Below are positions 1 through 10,885 of a stretch of 64,000 nt of DNA, piece after piece. The DNA is from Candidatus Bostrichicola ureolyticus. GTDB lineage: Bacteria > Bacteroidota > Bacteroidia > Flavobacteriales > Blattabacteriaceae. The number at the start of each line of letters is the position of its first letter. The stretch's first letter is position 1. The notes beneath the pieces were generated by a model. The model saw only the letters and a list, made by a program, of their open reading frames with translations, had not been told where the DNA came from and did not search any database. The stretch lies in the NCBI GenBank assembly GCA_029851125.1, contig CP100319.1, positions 75,762 to 139,761 of the forward strand. The letters run 5' to 3'. A program made the translations under genes and the position numbers.

Positions 1-3
1 ATA

Positions 4-891
4 TTAAATTGAATCAATAATTTTTTCAGCTTTAAATAAAATTATCCATGCTTCCTTTATAAACCCTTTTTTTAGAAAAGAACGAAATAATTTATATAAA
101 TCAATATATGAATATTTATTTATATTATTATTATTAATAAATAAAATAATTTCTTCATTTGTTGGTAATTTTTCAATATTAGCAAGAATAGCTAAATCAT
201 TTTTTGTTAGTAATGTATTATATCGTATTTTATCAGGTATTTTATTTAAACCCAAAATATTTGAATTTAAAGGTTTAAGTCCTATAAATAATTTTTTCTT
301 TATTATATGTATACATGAATAATTATCTAATACACCTATAACATCTAAATATTTAAAAGATAAATTTTGTGTTTTATAAAATTGTTTTTCATTTATATGA
401 ATTAATAATATTTTGCATAAAATTAATGTGCCATATCCTTTAGATTTGCTTTTTTCTTCTTCTAAAGAAATTATTTTTTGGACTTTACATTCAAAAGATA
501 ATTTACTTTCACCTATTCTAGGTGGCTCTATAATATTTGAGGATATAGCAGTAAAACCAGTTATTTTAAATTTATTTGAATTATTATAATTAATACTTGA
601 AAGAAATGCTTGTTGAATAATATCATAACTAACAATATTAATTGTTAATTCTGGAATATTTAATATATTTTGATATGTAATATTATTTTTTGAATTAATA
701 ATTGAAAATCCTAAAATCATTGGATTTATACTTAATATATTATAATAACTATATATACCAATATTAGATTCATTATTTTTATTAATGGTGTTAACCAAAG
801 CAATAGGACGAGGGCTTACTGCATTATTTAATAAATTTTGTTTTTCTACCAATGTTAAATTTTTAGGATTTAAAATTCTATTAAATTTCAT
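4..891 (-). CDS. flavin reductase-like (FMN-binding split-barrel) family protein
   Basis: A 295-aa ORF with an ATG start. The N-terminal segment VSPRPIALVNTINKNNESNIGIYSYYN resembles the flavin reductase-like domain signature. Family recognised from memory; no search was run. Confidence 0.55.
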   Translation of the reverse strand: MKFNRILNPKNLTLVEKQNLLNNAVSPRPIALVNTINKNNESNIGIYSYYNILSINPMILGFSIINSKNNITYQNILNIPELTINIVSYDIIQQAFLSSINYNNSNKFKITGFTAISSNIIEPPRIGESKLSFECKVQKIISLEEEKSKSKGYGTLILCKILLIHINEKQFYKTQNLSFKYLDVIGVLDNYSCIHIIKKKLFIGLKPLNSNILGLNKIPDKIRYNTLLTKNDLAILANIEKLPTNEEIILFINNNNINKYSYIDLYKLFRSFLKKGFIKEAWIILFKAEKIIDSI

Positions 892-904
892 CCCAAATTT
901 TAAT

Positions 905-1150
905 TTATATTACAGATACAAAAGAATTATTTCTTTTTTTATGAAAACAAACTTTTCCATTTATTTTAGCATATAATGTATGATCTTTTCCCATCCCTAC
1001 ATTTATACCAGGATAATGTTTAGTACCACGTTGACGTAATATTATATTACCTGATTTAATAAATTGACCTCCAAAAATTTTTACACCTAAACGTTTACTT
1101 TTTGAATCTCTACCATTTTTAGAACTTCCTACACCTTTTTTATGAGCCAT
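905..1150 (-). CDS. rpmA: 50S ribosomal protein L27
   Basis: The 81-aa ORF begins [24 protein letters not shown]...[11 protein letters not shown], the classic L27 N-terminus. It lies immediately downstream of rplU, as in most bacteria. Confidence 0.95.
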   Translation of the reverse strand: MAHKKGVGSSKNGRDSKSKRLGVKIFGGQFIKSGNIILRQRGTKHYPGINVGMGKDHTLYAKINGKVCFHKKRNNSFVSVI

Positions 1151-1155
1151 AATAT

Positions 1156-1476
1156 TTAAATTTTATTTAATGAAATTATTTTAATTTTTGTAAAACATTG
1201 TCTATGTCCATGTTTAGTTTTATATCCTTTTCTTCTTTTCTTTTTAAAAACTATAATTTTTTTACTTTTTAAATGTTGTAAAACTTTTGCATTTATATTA
1301 ATATTTTTTATTATAGGTGATCCTATAGTTAAAATATTATTATTAAATAATAAATAAATTTGTTTTAAACAAAATTCTTCTCCCAAATTATAATTTAATT
1401 TAGGGACATATATAAATTGTCCTTCATAAATTTTATATTGTAATCCTGCTATGTCAACAATTGCCATAAATTTCAT
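1156..1476 (-). CDS. rplU: 50S ribosomal protein L21
   Basis: The ORF contains [17 protein letters not shown], an L21-like start, and sits in the conserved rplU-rpmA pair. The true start may be the second ATG at 1467 rather than 1476. Confidence 0.9.
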   Translation of the reverse strand: MKFMAIVDIAGLQYKIYEGQFIYVPKLNYNLGEEFCLKQIYLLFNNNILTIGSPIIKNININAKVLQHLKSKKIIVFKKKRRKGYKTKHGHRQCFTKIKIISLNKI

Positions 1477-1648
1477 ATAACATTTTATTTATATAATTTA
1501 TTTATATATATATTATTATTTATAATAATTTTTTTAAAATATATATAAAATTATATATATTAATATAATTATATTATTTATATTTAAATAAATTTTTTTT
1601 TGTTTAGTATATAAAAAAAGATTTATTTTTAATGTTTAATAAATTTAG

Positions 1649-3523
1649 ATGATAGGAACTATTAATATTAACAATTTCGGATATACTTTTGTTACTATAG
1701 ATGGTTATGATAATCATTTTTTTATCCCTAAAAATAAAAGAAACAATGCAATTCCAGGAGATAAAGTCAAAATACGTATTATAAATAATTATAAAGGTGA
1801 AGTATTAAATATAATTGAAAGAAATAAAAAAAAATATGTTGGTAAATTAATTTTATATAAAAATTATAATTTTGTAATTATTAATAATTTTAATATAAAT
1901 GTATATATTCCAAAAAATTTTTTAAATGGTGCATCCAAATACCAAAAAGTTATAATTCGTATTATAGATTGGCCCAATCAATCAGATTATCCATATGGAG
2001 AAATTCTAGAAATTTTAGGTTACTCAGGTAATTCTGAAACAGAAATATATTCTATATTAGCAGAATTAGGATTATGTTATCGTAGTTTTCCTAAAGAAGT
2101 AGAAGATGAAGCTAAAAATATTGTCTCAAATATCTCTTTTGAAAAAGAAATAAGTTACAGAAAAGATATGCGAAATGTAAATACTTTTACAATAGATCCA
2201 ATTGATGCTCAAGATTTTGACGATGCTATTTCTTTGATAAAATTACCAAATGGTAATTGGGAAGTAGGTATTCATATTGCAGATGTAACATTTTTTATTA
2301 AAAAAAATAGTTTTCTTGATAAAGAAGCATATAAAAGAGCTAATTCTATATATTTAATAAATCGTGTAATACCTATGTTACCAGAAATTTTATCAAATAA
2401 ATTTTGTTCATTACGTCAAAATGAAGAAAAACTAAGTTTTTCAGCAATATTTGAAATGAATGATCAAGCTGAAATTTTAAAAAGTTGGTTTGGAAAAACA
2501 ATTATAAAATCCAATAAACAATTTTCTTATGAAGAAGTTCAAAAAATTTTAGACTCTAAAAAAGGTCTTTTTTATAAAGAACTTATTAAGTTAAATTCTT
2601 TAACTAAAAAGTTAAGAGAAAAACGATTAAAAAATGGATCAATTGATTTTAATAAGGCAGAGATTAAATTCATTTTAGGAAAAAAAAATAATCCAATTAA
2701 TTTATATTTACAATATAATAATGATTCTAATAATTTAATTGAAGAATTAATGTTACTAACAAATAAAAAAGTATCAGAATTTATTAGTTTAGGAATTAAT
2801 AATAAACCATTAAAACGGACATATATTTATCGTATACACGATAAACCTAATATTGAAAAACTTAAAATTTTAAAACAAATTTTAAAACAATTAGGCTTTA
2901 ATTTAAATCTTAAAAATAATCAAACTCTTAATTATTCAGTAAAAAAAATATTAAATATTATAAAAAATTCTAAAGAACAAAATATAATTGAAACATTAAT
3001 AATGCGTGCAATGAGTAAAGCTAAATATTCAACAAATAATATAGGTCATTATGGATTATCTTTTAATTATTATAGTCATTTTACTTCACCTATTAGAAGA
3101 TATTCAGATATTATTGCTCATAGGTTATTAAATCATTATTTAAATTCTGGTCAATCAGTTTCAACTAACGATTATGAAAAACAATCTATACATTGCAGTG
3201 AACGTGAAAGATTAGCAATAAGTGCAGAAAGAATATATATAAAATATATGCAAATAAAATATATGAAAAAATTTATAGGAAAAAAATTAGAAGGAATTAT
3301 TTCAGGTATTACTGAATGGGGAATTTATATACAAATATTGTATACTGAAGGTATGATTAGATTACGTGATATAAAAGATGATAAATATATATTTGATCCT
3401 ATTAATTATAATATTATAGGTATAAATAATCGTAATATTTTTTTTATTGGAAAAAAAATAATAGTAAAAATTATTGATGTTGATTTAGAAAAAAAAAAAT
3501 TAAACTTATCAATTGATAATTAA
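1649..3523 (+). CDS. rnr: ribonuclease R (RNB-family 3'-5' exoribonuclease), short N-terminus
   Basis: A 624-aa ORF with the RNB catalytic motif region FTIDPIDAQDFDDAIS and HYGLS...YSHFTSPIRRYSDIIAHR, plus a C-terminal S1-like segment. It is shorter at the N-terminus than typical RNase R. Confidence 0.9.
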   Translation: MIGTININNFGYTFVTIDGYDNHFFIPKNKRNNAIPGDKVKIRIINNYKGEVLNIIERNKKKYVGKLILYKNYNFVIINNFNINVYIPKNFLNGASKYQKVIIRIIDWPNQSDYPYGEILEILGYSGNSETEIYSILAELGLCYRSFPKEVEDEAKNIVSNISFEKEISYRKDMRNVNTFTIDPIDAQDFDDAISLIKLPNGNWEVGIHIADVTFFIKKNSFLDKEAYKRANSIYLINRVIPMLPEILSNKFCSLRQNEEKLSFSAIFEMNDQAEILKSWFGKTIIKSNKQFSYEEVQKILDSKKGLFYKELIKLNSLTKKLREKRLKNGSIDFNKAEIKFILGKKNNPINLYLQYNNDSNNLIEELMLLTNKKVSEFISLGINNKPLKRTYIYRIHDKPNIEKLKILKQILKQLGFNLNLKNNQTLNYSVKKILNIIKNSKEQNIIETLIMRAMSKAKYSTNNIGHYGLSFNYYSHFTSPIRRYSDIIAHRLLNHYLNSGQSVSTNDYEKQSIHCSERERLAISAERIYIKYMQIKYMKKFIGKKLEGIISGITEWGIYIQILYTEGMIRLRDIKDDKYIFDPINYNIIGINNRNIFFIGKKIIVKIIDVDLEKKKLNLSIDN

Positions 3524-3525
3524 AT

Positions 3526-4179
3526 ATGTTATATATAACAGCCATTTTTTTAGGAATTATACTTAGTATTATAACTATAGGACCAATATTTTTTTTTATT
3601 ATAGAAACAAGTTTATCTGAAACCAGTTTATCTAAAGGATTCAAATCAGCAGTAATTTTAAATTTAGGAGTTATATTAGCTGATATTATATTTATAATAA
3701 TAGCTAATTATAGTAAAAATTATTTGAATAATTACAATTCAATATATTATAAAATATATGGAATATTAACAATAATATTATATTGTTATATATTTTATTT
3801 TTTTTTAAAAAAAAAAAAAATTTTTGTTAAAAACTACTTTTTTCAAGGTTTTATATTAAATATTATTAATATTAATACAATTTTATTTTGGATTTCAATT
3901 TTTTTTATTATTTCATTTTTTTATATGAAAAAATTATTGTTTATTAGCATATTATTATTGTCGTTTTTTTTTACCGATTTAATAAAAATATATTTATTTA
4001 TTTATTTAATAAATTTTAATAAACAAATATTATTTAATATAAATTATTATTTAGGATTAATTATTTTAATAATTGGATTTTTAATTTTTATAAAAAATTT
4101 ATTTCTACCTAATCTTATTTTATTTAAATTTTTTAAAAGATTACTACCTACTATACAGACATTAAAAAATTCATTATAA
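3526..4179 (+). CDS. polytopic membrane protein, possibly a LysE/RhtB-type translocator
   Basis: A 217-aa very hydrophobic ORF with about 5-6 predicted TM segments. The N-terminus resembles LysE-family proteins only weakly. It contains an in-frame A14 run (3807-3820) and an imperfect 15-bp duplication (ETSLS ETSLS). Confidence 0.4.
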   Translation: MLYITAIFLGIILSIITIGPIFFFIIETSLSETSLSKGFKSAVILNLGVILADIIFIIIANYSKNYLNNYNSIYYKIYGILTIILYCYIFYFFLKKKKIFVKNYFFQGFILNIININTILFWISIFFIISFFYMKKLLFISILLLSFFFTDLIKIYLFIYLINFNKQILFNINYYLGLIILIIGFLIFIKNLFLPNLILFKFFKRLLPTIQTLKNSL

Positions 4180-4742
4180 TGACTATTAAAGGAATAATAA
4201 GAAAACAATTAGGAAAAAAAAATAGTAATTATTTACGACAACTTGAAAAAGTACCATGTATATTATATAATAAATCTATAAATATTCCCTTTTTTATATC
4301 TTATACAGATATACAAAATCTAATTTATCCACCAATTATACATAAAATAAATTTAGAATTATTTAACACTAAAGAAGAATTAAATGCCCATTTAAAATTT
4401 GAAACTATAATACGAAATATTCAATATCATCCAGTAAGTGATAAAATAATACATGCAGATTTTTTTATCTTAGATAAAGATCAAAAAATTTCTTTAGAAG
4501 TTCCAATAAAAATTATTGGACGTTCACCAGGAGTTTCAAAAGGAGGAAAATTTCATTTTATTTTAAAAAAATTAAATATAAAAGCTAAACCTTATTATAT
4601 ACCTAAATATATAGAATTAGATATTAATTCTTTAGAATTAGGAGATCGTATTTGCATAAATGATCTCCCAAAATCTAATTATAATATTTTACATCCTATA
4701 AATACTATAATTGCTATGGTAAAAACTTCTAAAATTACATAA
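4179..4742 (+). CDS. rplY: 50S ribosomal protein L25 / general stress protein Ctc
   Basis: A 187-aa ORF. The N-terminus RKQLGKKNSNYLRQLEKVPCILYNKS and the HPVSDKIIHADF motif are typical of L25/Ctc. Confidence 0.8.
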   Translation: MTIKGIIRKQLGKKNSNYLRQLEKVPCILYNKSINIPFFISYTDIQNLIYPPIIHKINLELFNTKEELNAHLKFETIIRNIQYHPVSDKIIHADFFILDKDQKISLEVPIKIIGRSPGVSKGGKFHFILKKLNIKAKPYYIPKYIELDINSLELGDRICINDLPKSNYNILHPINTIIAMVKTSKIT

Positions 4743-5176
4743 TGTATAATGATATTTTTTTTATGAAAAAAGCTTTGAATCAAGCAATTAATGCATTTCA
4801 TAAAAATGAAGTTCCTATAGGAGCAATAATAACTCATAATAATATTATTATAGCTAAATCTCATAATCTTATTGAGACATTAAACAATGTTACTGCACAT
4901 GCAGAAATGCAAGTTATTAAAATTGCTTCTAATAAATTAGGTATAAAATATCTTAAAGGATGTACATTATATGTAACTTTAGAACCATGTATAATGTGTT
5001 CTGGAGCTTTATATTTGTCACAAATAAGTAGAATAGTATTTGGAGCAATAGATTATAAAATAGGTTTTTCAAAAATGAAAATAAAACTTCATCCAAAAAC
5101 AATATATAAATCTGGAATAATGTCAAAAGAATCTATTTTATTATTACAACAATTTTTTAAAAAAAAAAGAAAATAA
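4742..5176 (+). CDS. tadA: tRNA-specific adenosine deaminase
   Basis: Carries the CDA-fold zinc motifs HAEMQVI and PCIMCSGAL in a 144-aa ORF. Its substrate, tRNA-Arg(ACG), is present in this window. Confidence 0.9.
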   Translation: MYNDIFFMKKALNQAINAFHKNEVPIGAIITHNNIIIAKSHNLIETLNNVTAHAEMQVIKIASNKLGIKYLKGCTLYVTLEPCIMCSGALYLSQISRIVFGAIDYKIGFSKMKIKLHPKTIYKSGIMSKESILLLQQFFKKKRK

Positions 5177-5179
5177 TAA

Positions 5180-6097
5180 ATGCAAAAAAAAATATTATTA
5201 TCAATTGTAGGACCTACAGCAGTAGGTAAAACTTCATTATCTATTTTTTTAGCAAAAAAACTTAAAATTGATAATATTATTTCATGTGATTCTAGACAAT
5301 TTTATAAAGAAATAAAAATTGGAACAGCTATTCCAAATGAACATGAATTAAATATTGTAAAACATCATTTTATAGGTCATTTAAGTATACATCAATCATA
5401 TACTGTTAAAGACTTTGAGAAAGATGTATTAAATACATTACAAAAACTTTTTATTAATTCAAATATTGTTTTAATGGTAGGTGGATCTGGATTTTATGAA
5501 AAAGTAATAACTAAAGGGTTAGATCCAATTCCTAAAATACCAAATATTATTAGAATAATATGGTGTGAAATTTTTAAAAAAAAAGGAATAAATTATTTAC
5601 AAGAATATTTAAAAATATATGATCCTTTTTTTTATCAAAAAATTGATAAGAATAATACTTATCGTATTTTACGTGCTTTAGAAGTTATTGATTATACAGG
5701 AAAACCTTTTTCTTATTTTAGAAAAAATAAAAGTGTTAAACGTTATTTTAATATTATTAAAATAGGATTAACATTATGTCGTAACAAATTATACAAAAAA
5801 ATAAATGATAGAGTTGATAATATGATTCAAAATGGTTTAATAGAAGAAGCTAAAAATTTGTATAAGTATAAACATTTAAATATTTTAAATAAAACTATAG
5901 GTTATAAAGAAATTTTTGAATTCATAGAAGGAAAATTAACCTTATCCCAAGCAATAACAAAAATAAAAATAAATACAAGACATTATGCTAAAAGACAAAT
6001 TACTTGGTATAAACATGATAATGACATTATTAAATGGTTTTCTTCTGAAGAAGAAAAAGATAAAATTTTACTTTTTATAAAAAATTATCTAGAATAA
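5180..6097 (+). CDS. miaA: tRNA dimethylallyltransferase
   Basis: Has the P-loop GPTAVGKTSLSI at the N-terminus and an IPP-transferase-like layout over 305 aa. Confidence 0.9.
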   Translation: MQKKILLSIVGPTAVGKTSLSIFLAKKLKIDNIISCDSRQFYKEIKIGTAIPNEHELNIVKHHFIGHLSIHQSYTVKDFEKDVLNTLQKLFINSNIVLMVGGSGFYEKVITKGLDPIPKIPNIIRIIWCEIFKKKGINYLQEYLKIYDPFFYQKIDKNNTYRILRALEVIDYTGKPFSYFRKNKSVKRYFNIIKIGLTLCRNKLYKKINDRVDNMIQNGLIEEAKNLYKYKHLNILNKTIGYKEIFEFIEGKLTLSQAITKIKINTRHYAKRQITWYKHDNDIIKWFSSEEEKDKILLFIKNYLE

Positions 6098-6100
6098 TAA

Positions 6101-7450
6101 TTAATTGAAAAATTTCATAATTCTGTTAATCCTAAATATATTTAATGGATTTATTACATCCCAATCAATACTCATAAATATGAATATAGGTTTTCCTACA
6201 ATGTGATCTTCTGGTAAAAAACCCCAATATCTAGAATCAAATGAATTATTACGATTATCTCCCATAACAAAATAATAATTTTGTTTTATCTTGTATTTAG
6301 AAGATTTAATACCATTTATATAAAAATTATTATTTTTTTCTATTAAAGAATTTTTTTCATATTTACATATTATATCTTTATATGTATATATATTTTTTTT
6401 TGTTAAATAAATTATAGTTCCTTTTTTAGGAACTCTTATTGGACCATAAAAATCACTATTCCAATTTAATTCTTTTGGAAAAAAATTTTCTTTAAAATTA
6501 ATTCTTTCTAATTTAATAGTATTAACATTATTAAATAATTTTTCTTTACTTTCATTCATTATAATATTATATGTATATATATTATTAGTCTTATCAACTA
6601 ATATATATTTTATTCCTTGGTTACTTAACCATTTCTTATTAATCGGTAATATAGTTTTTACTATATAAGAATATTCTTTATTTATATTTTGTAATTTTTC
6701 AGGTTTTTCATTTATGTATAAAATACCTTTATGTATTTTTACCACATCGTTGGGTATAGCTACACAACGTTTTATATAAAAATCTTTACGATCTAAAACA
6801 TTATTATCTAATGGATAATTAAATATAACAATATCATTACGATAGACTTTTTTTATAGCAGGAAAACGAAAATAAGGTAATCTAATAGATTTAATATATG
6901 AAGGAATTCCTAAAATTTTATTATGTGTTAACGGAATACTTATTGGAGTAATAGGAAGTCGTAATCCATAATGAAATTTACTGGCAATTATAAAATCACC
7001 TACTAATAATGTAGGTTCCATAGAAGGAGTAGGTATAATAAATGGTTGAAATAAATAATTATGAATAAATGAAACTAACATTATAGAATATAATATATTT
7101 GATATTTCTTTATTTCTATTATTTACACCAATAAATTTTATTTTGTTATTGTAATTTAATATAAAAAAATATAATCCTAATGTTAATAATATTAATAAAA
7201 CATCTTTATTTGAACTTTTACCAAAACAAAACATAAATTCTATCCATAATAAAAAAAACATTATAGTTCCAATAATTGGAATAAAAAAAAGAAATATCAA
7301 CCAAATAGGTTTTTTAATAATCTGTATCATTACAATTATATTATATATAGGTATAGCTGCTTCCCATGATTTTCTACCAGCTTTTTGATAAAGTTTCCAT
7401 GTACTTAAAAATTGAATAATAAAAAACCCAATTATAAAAATAATTAACAT
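6101..7450 (-). CDS. lepB: signal peptidase I with an N-terminal extra membrane domain
   Basis: Has the catalytic Ser box PSMEPTL and the C-terminal box [15 protein letters not shown]. The N-terminal multi-TM extension is as seen in flavobacterial LepB. Confidence 0.9.
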   Translation of the reverse strand: MLIIFIIGFFIIQFLSTWKLYQKAGRKSWEAAIPIYNIIVMIQIIKKPIWLIFLFFIPIIGTIMFFLLWIEFMFCFGKSSNKDVLLILLTLGLYFFILNYNNKIKFIGVNNRNKEISNILYSIMLVSFIHNYLFQPFIIPTPSMEPTLLVGDFIIASKFHYGLRLPITPISIPLTHNKILGIPSYIKSIRLPYFRFPAIKKVYRNDIVIFNYPLDNNVLDRKDFYIKRCVAIPNDVVKIHKGILYINEKPEKLQNINKEYSYIVKTILPINKKWLSNQGIKYILVDKTNNIYTYNIIMNESKEKLFNNVNTIKLERINFKENFFPKELNWNSDFYGPIRVPKKGTIIYLTKKNIYTYKDIICKYEKNSLIEKNNNFYINGIKSSKYKIKQNYYFVMGDNRNNSFDSRYWGFLPEDHIVGKPIFIFMSIDWDVINPLNIFRINRIMKFFN

Positions 7451-8154
7451 AAAACTTCTTTCATAGAAAAAATACCTTTTTTATCTTTTATCCATTCTGC
7501 AGCAATTATTGCACCTAATGCAAATCCATCTCTATTATATGCATTATGTTTTATTTTTATATAATCTATATTAGAAGAATAAGTAATAATATGTGTACCT
7601 ATAGTATTTTCAATTCTTTTAGATAAAATAGGTATTTCATTACTTTTAACATCTTTATTATTATCTAATAAATACCAATTTTTTTTATTAGTTTCTTTAA
7701 TAATATCTTCAGCTAAAGAAATGGCAGTACCACTAGGTTTATCTAATTTTCTTAAATGATGTATTTCCTCTATTATTATATTATAATTTTGTATATATGA
7801 TGACATCATCTTAGCTAAAAAACTATTAATTTTAAAAAAAATATTCATACTAATACTAAAATTAGAAGAATATAAAAAAGTTCCATTATTTTTTTTACAA
7901 ATATCTTCAATCATTTTTAATTTATTCAACCAACCTGTTGTTCCACATACTATAGGAATTTTATTTTCTAAACAAATTTTTAAATTTTCAAAAGCTGATT
8001 CTGGTTTAGTAAATTCTATAGCTACTTCTGCTTTTTTTAAATTATCAACTTCTGGTTTAGAAGAAGTTATATAAATAATATTATGTTTACGTTTTTTAGC
8101 TATTTTTTCAATAGCTTTTCCCATTTGTCCATATCCTATTATGGCTATATTCAT
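7444..8154 (-). CDS. dapB: 4-hydroxy-tetrahydrodipicolinate reductase
   Basis: Has an N-terminal Rossmann motif, [11 protein letters not shown], and the DapB motif [16 protein letters not shown]. It overlaps the lepB start by 7 nt. Confidence 0.9.
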   Translation of the reverse strand: MNIAIIGYGQMGKAIEKIAKKRKHNIIYITSSKPEVDNLKKAEVAIEFTKPESAFENLKICLENKIPIVCGTTGWLNKLKMIEDICKKNNGTFLYSSNFSISMNIFFKINSFLAKMMSSYIQNYNIIIEEIHHLRKLDKPSGTAISLAEDIIKETNKKNWYLLDNNKDVKSNEIPILSKRIENTIGTHIITYSSNIDYIKIKHNAYNRDGFALGAIIAAEWIKDKKGIFSMKEVLC

Positions 8155-8183
8155 ATATTAATGTTATTTTATTTTTTAAATAT

Positions 8184-9785
8184 ATGAATTATAAAAACAA
8201 TTTTATTGAAGAAATAATAGAAAATGATCTAAAAAAAGGATTTCCAAAAACGAAATTAAAATTTCGTTTTCCTCCAGAACCTAATGGTTATTTACATATT
8301 GGACATGCTAAAGCAATTTGTTTAAATTTTGGATTAGGCATAAAATATGGAGTTAATGTTAATTTACGTTTTGATGATACAAATCCACTTAACATTAAAA
8401 TACATAAACATTATATTAAAAAAATTAAAGAAGATATACAATGGTTAGGCTTTATATGGAATGAAGAACATTATGCTTCTAATTATTTTGATATTTTATA
8501 TAAATGGGCTAAAAAACTTATAAAAGAAGATAAAGCTTATGTAGATAATCAATCACAAGAAATAATTAATGCTCAAAGAAAAACCCCTTTTGAAAAAGGT
8601 ATACCTAGCCCATATAGAAACCGTTCAGTAGAAGAAAATCTTGATCTTTTTGAAAAAATGAAAAACGGATTCTTCAATGAAGGTAGTTGTGTCTTACGAG
8701 CAAAAATTGATATGTATTCTGATAATATGAATTTACGAGATCCTGTAATGTATCGTATACTAAAAAAATCACATCATAATACTGGAAACAAATGGTTTAT
8801 TTATCCTACTTATGATTGGACACATGGTCAATCAGATTATATTGAACAAATATCACATTCTTTATGTTCATTAGAATTTGAAAATCATCGTAAACTTTAT
8901 AATTGGTTTTTAGATCAAATAGTAGACCCAAATAATATACGTCCTAAACAGTTAGAATTTTCTAGACTAAATATTAGTAATACTTTTATTAGTAAACGAA
9001 AAATAAATATTCTTATAGAAAAAAAAATTATTAATAATTGGTATGATCCTCGTATACTTACACTTAGTGGATTACGTAGTATAGGTTATACTCCTAAATC
9101 AATATGTGATTTTTGTAAAACAATAGGTATTACAAAACGTGAAAATATTATTGATATTTCTTTATTAGAATTTCATATACGTAAAGACCTTAATAAAATT
9201 GCTTATAGAAAAATGGTTGTATTAGATCCTGTTAAATTAATAATTGATAATTACCCTAATAATAAAATAGAATGGTTTGAAATTGAAAATAATCCTGAAG
9301 ATATTAATTATGGTAAACGAAAAGTTCCATTTTCAAAAATAATATATATTGAACGTGAAGATTTTATGGAACATAAAACCTATGATTTTTTTAGATTATC
9401 TATTGGTTATGAAGTACGTCTTAAAAATTCTTATATAATAAAAGCTATTTCTCTTAAAAAAGATAATAATGGAAAAATTAATGAAATTCATTGTACTTAT
9501 GATTCAAATAGTCGTAAAAATTTCCGAAAAACTAAAAGTACATTACATTGGGTGTCTATTCAACATGCAATTAAAATAAATATTTGTCTTTATGATAAAT
9601 TATTTGTTAATAACAAAATAAATAAAAATTCTTTTAAAAAAATTATTGGTTACGGAGAACCTAGTTTAAAACATGCTAATATAGGAGTTAATTATCAATT
9701 TCAACGTTTAGGTTATTTTTATACAGATTACGATTATGAAAATAATAATATTCTATTTAATAGAACTGTCAAACTTAAAAAATAA
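8184..9785 (+). CDS. glnS: glutamine--tRNA ligase
   Basis: A class I synthetase with FRFPPEPNGYLHIGHAKA (HIGH box) and a FISKRK (KMSKS-like) box, 533 aa. Confidence 0.95.
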   Translation: MNYKNNFIEEIIENDLKKGFPKTKLKFRFPPEPNGYLHIGHAKAICLNFGLGIKYGVNVNLRFDDTNPLNIKIHKHYIKKIKEDIQWLGFIWNEEHYASNYFDILYKWAKKLIKEDKAYVDNQSQEIINAQRKTPFEKGIPSPYRNRSVEENLDLFEKMKNGFFNEGSCVLRAKIDMYSDNMNLRDPVMYRILKKSHHNTGNKWFIYPTYDWTHGQSDYIEQISHSLCSLEFENHRKLYNWFLDQIVDPNNIRPKQLEFSRLNISNTFISKRKINILIEKKIINNWYDPRILTLSGLRSIGYTPKSICDFCKTIGITKRENIIDISLLEFHIRKDLNKIAYRKMVVLDPVKLIIDNYPNNKIEWFEIENNPEDINYGKRKVPFSKIIYIEREDFMEHKTYDFFRLSIGYEVRLKNSYIIKAISLKKDNNGKINEIHCTYDSNSRKNFRKTKSTLHWVSIQHAIKINICLYDKLFVNNKINKNSFKKIIGYGEPSLKHANIGVNYQFQRLGYFYTDYDYENNNILFNRTVKLKK

Positions 9786-9802
9786 TCCATTATTTTTGAT
9801 AT

Positions 9803-10240
9803 ATGTTAAAAAACATTACATTTGGTTTAATAAAACCAGATGCTATTAAAAAAGGTTATACATCTTTTATTTTAAATATGATAAATAATACCGGTTTTAA
9901 AATAATAGCACTTAAAATGACTTTAATATCTCAAATAGATGCTAAACGTTTTTATTATATACATTCAAAAAAATCATTTTTTGAATCAATGACTAAATTT
10001 ATATCATCAGGACCTATAGTTGTAACTGTTTTAGAGAAAAAAAATGCTGTAGAAGATTTTAGGACTATTATAGGATCAACTAATCCAAAAGAATCGGAAA
10101 AAGGTACTATACGTAATCTTTATGCTGAATCAATAGAAAAAAATGCAATTCATGGATCAGATAGTTATAAAAATGCTATAAAAGAAATAACTTTCTTTTT
10201 TTCTAAAAGAGAAATATATATTAATAATATATTTATATAA
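9803..10240 (+). CDS. ndk: nucleoside-diphosphate kinase
   Basis: Has the NDK fold motifs TFGLIKPDA and NAIHGSDS (catalytic His), 145 aa. Confidence 0.9.
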   Translation: MLKNITFGLIKPDAIKKGYTSFILNMINNTGFKIIALKMTLISQIDAKRFYYIHSKKSFFESMTKFISSGPIVVTVLEKKNAVEDFRTIIGSTNPKESEKGTIRNLYAESIEKNAIHGSDSYKNAIKEITFFFSKREIYINNIFI

Positions 10241-10261
10241 ATAATTTTAAAAAAATTAATT

Positions 10262-10885
10262 ATGAATTTCAATATAAAACATTATATATTTATTATAATT
10301 AGCATAATATTTTTTTGGATATTGATAGTATATAATCAATTAGTTACTTTGAATGAACAAGTTAAAACTCAATGGGGACAAGTAGAAAATTCTTATCAAC
10401 GTCGTGCAGATCTTATTCCCAATCTAGTTAATATAGTTAAAGGAGTTTCAAAATTTGAAAAATCTACAATTATAGAAGTTACTAAAGCTAGAGCTAATGC
10501 TACTTATTCTATGATTAATGATAATTTAAGTCAAGAAAAACTAAATAAATTTAACAAAGCACAAGAATTATTACATAATTCTATTAATAAATTATTAGTA
10601 ACAGTAGAAAAATATCCAGAATTAAAATCTACAGAAAATTTTCTTGAATTACAAAGTCAATTAGAAGGTACTGAAAATCGTATTAATATAGAACGTAATC
10701 GTTTTAATATAGAAGTACAACATTTCAATACTTATCGTAATAAATTTCCTAATTTCTTAATTTCTCAACTTTTTACAAAATTTAAAGAAAAAGGCTATTT
10801 AAAATATGATAATAATAATATAGAAAAATCACCAATTATTAATTTTAATAATTATTATAACTTTAGAAAAGTTAATAATAAATAA
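10262..10885 (+). CDS. lemA: LemA family protein
   Basis: A single N-terminal TM segment followed by QWGQVENSYQRRADLIPNLVNIVKG, the conserved LemA core. It is followed by a TPM-domain gene, as is usual. Confidence 0.8.
   Translation: MNFNIKHYIFIIISIIFFWILIVYNQLVTLNEQVKTQWGQVENSYQRRADLIPNLVNIVKGVSKFEKSTIIEVTKARANATYSMINDNLSQEKLNKFNKAQELLHNSINKLLVTVEKYPELKSTENFLELQSQLEGTENRINIERNRFNIEVQHFNTYRNKFPNFLISQLFTKFKEKGYLKYDNNNIEKSPIINFNNYYNFRKVNNK

Noticed and set aside
785-976. Short ORFs antisense to or overlapping well-supported genes: 785-976, 4679-4864, 22033-22248, 22800-22997, 23667-23873, 24122-24313, 30537-30854, 30882-31100, 48587-48823, 49199-49546, 51118-51354, 55812-55994, 57066-57251, 58695-58916 and 61246-61470.
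   Set aside because: Each is embedded in a longer ORF with clear family motifs on the other strand or frame. They have low-complexity I/F/L/S-rich translations and no recognisable motifs. Long spurious ORFs are expected in A/T-rich DNA where the antisense of lysine- and asparagine-rich coding sequence lacks stops.
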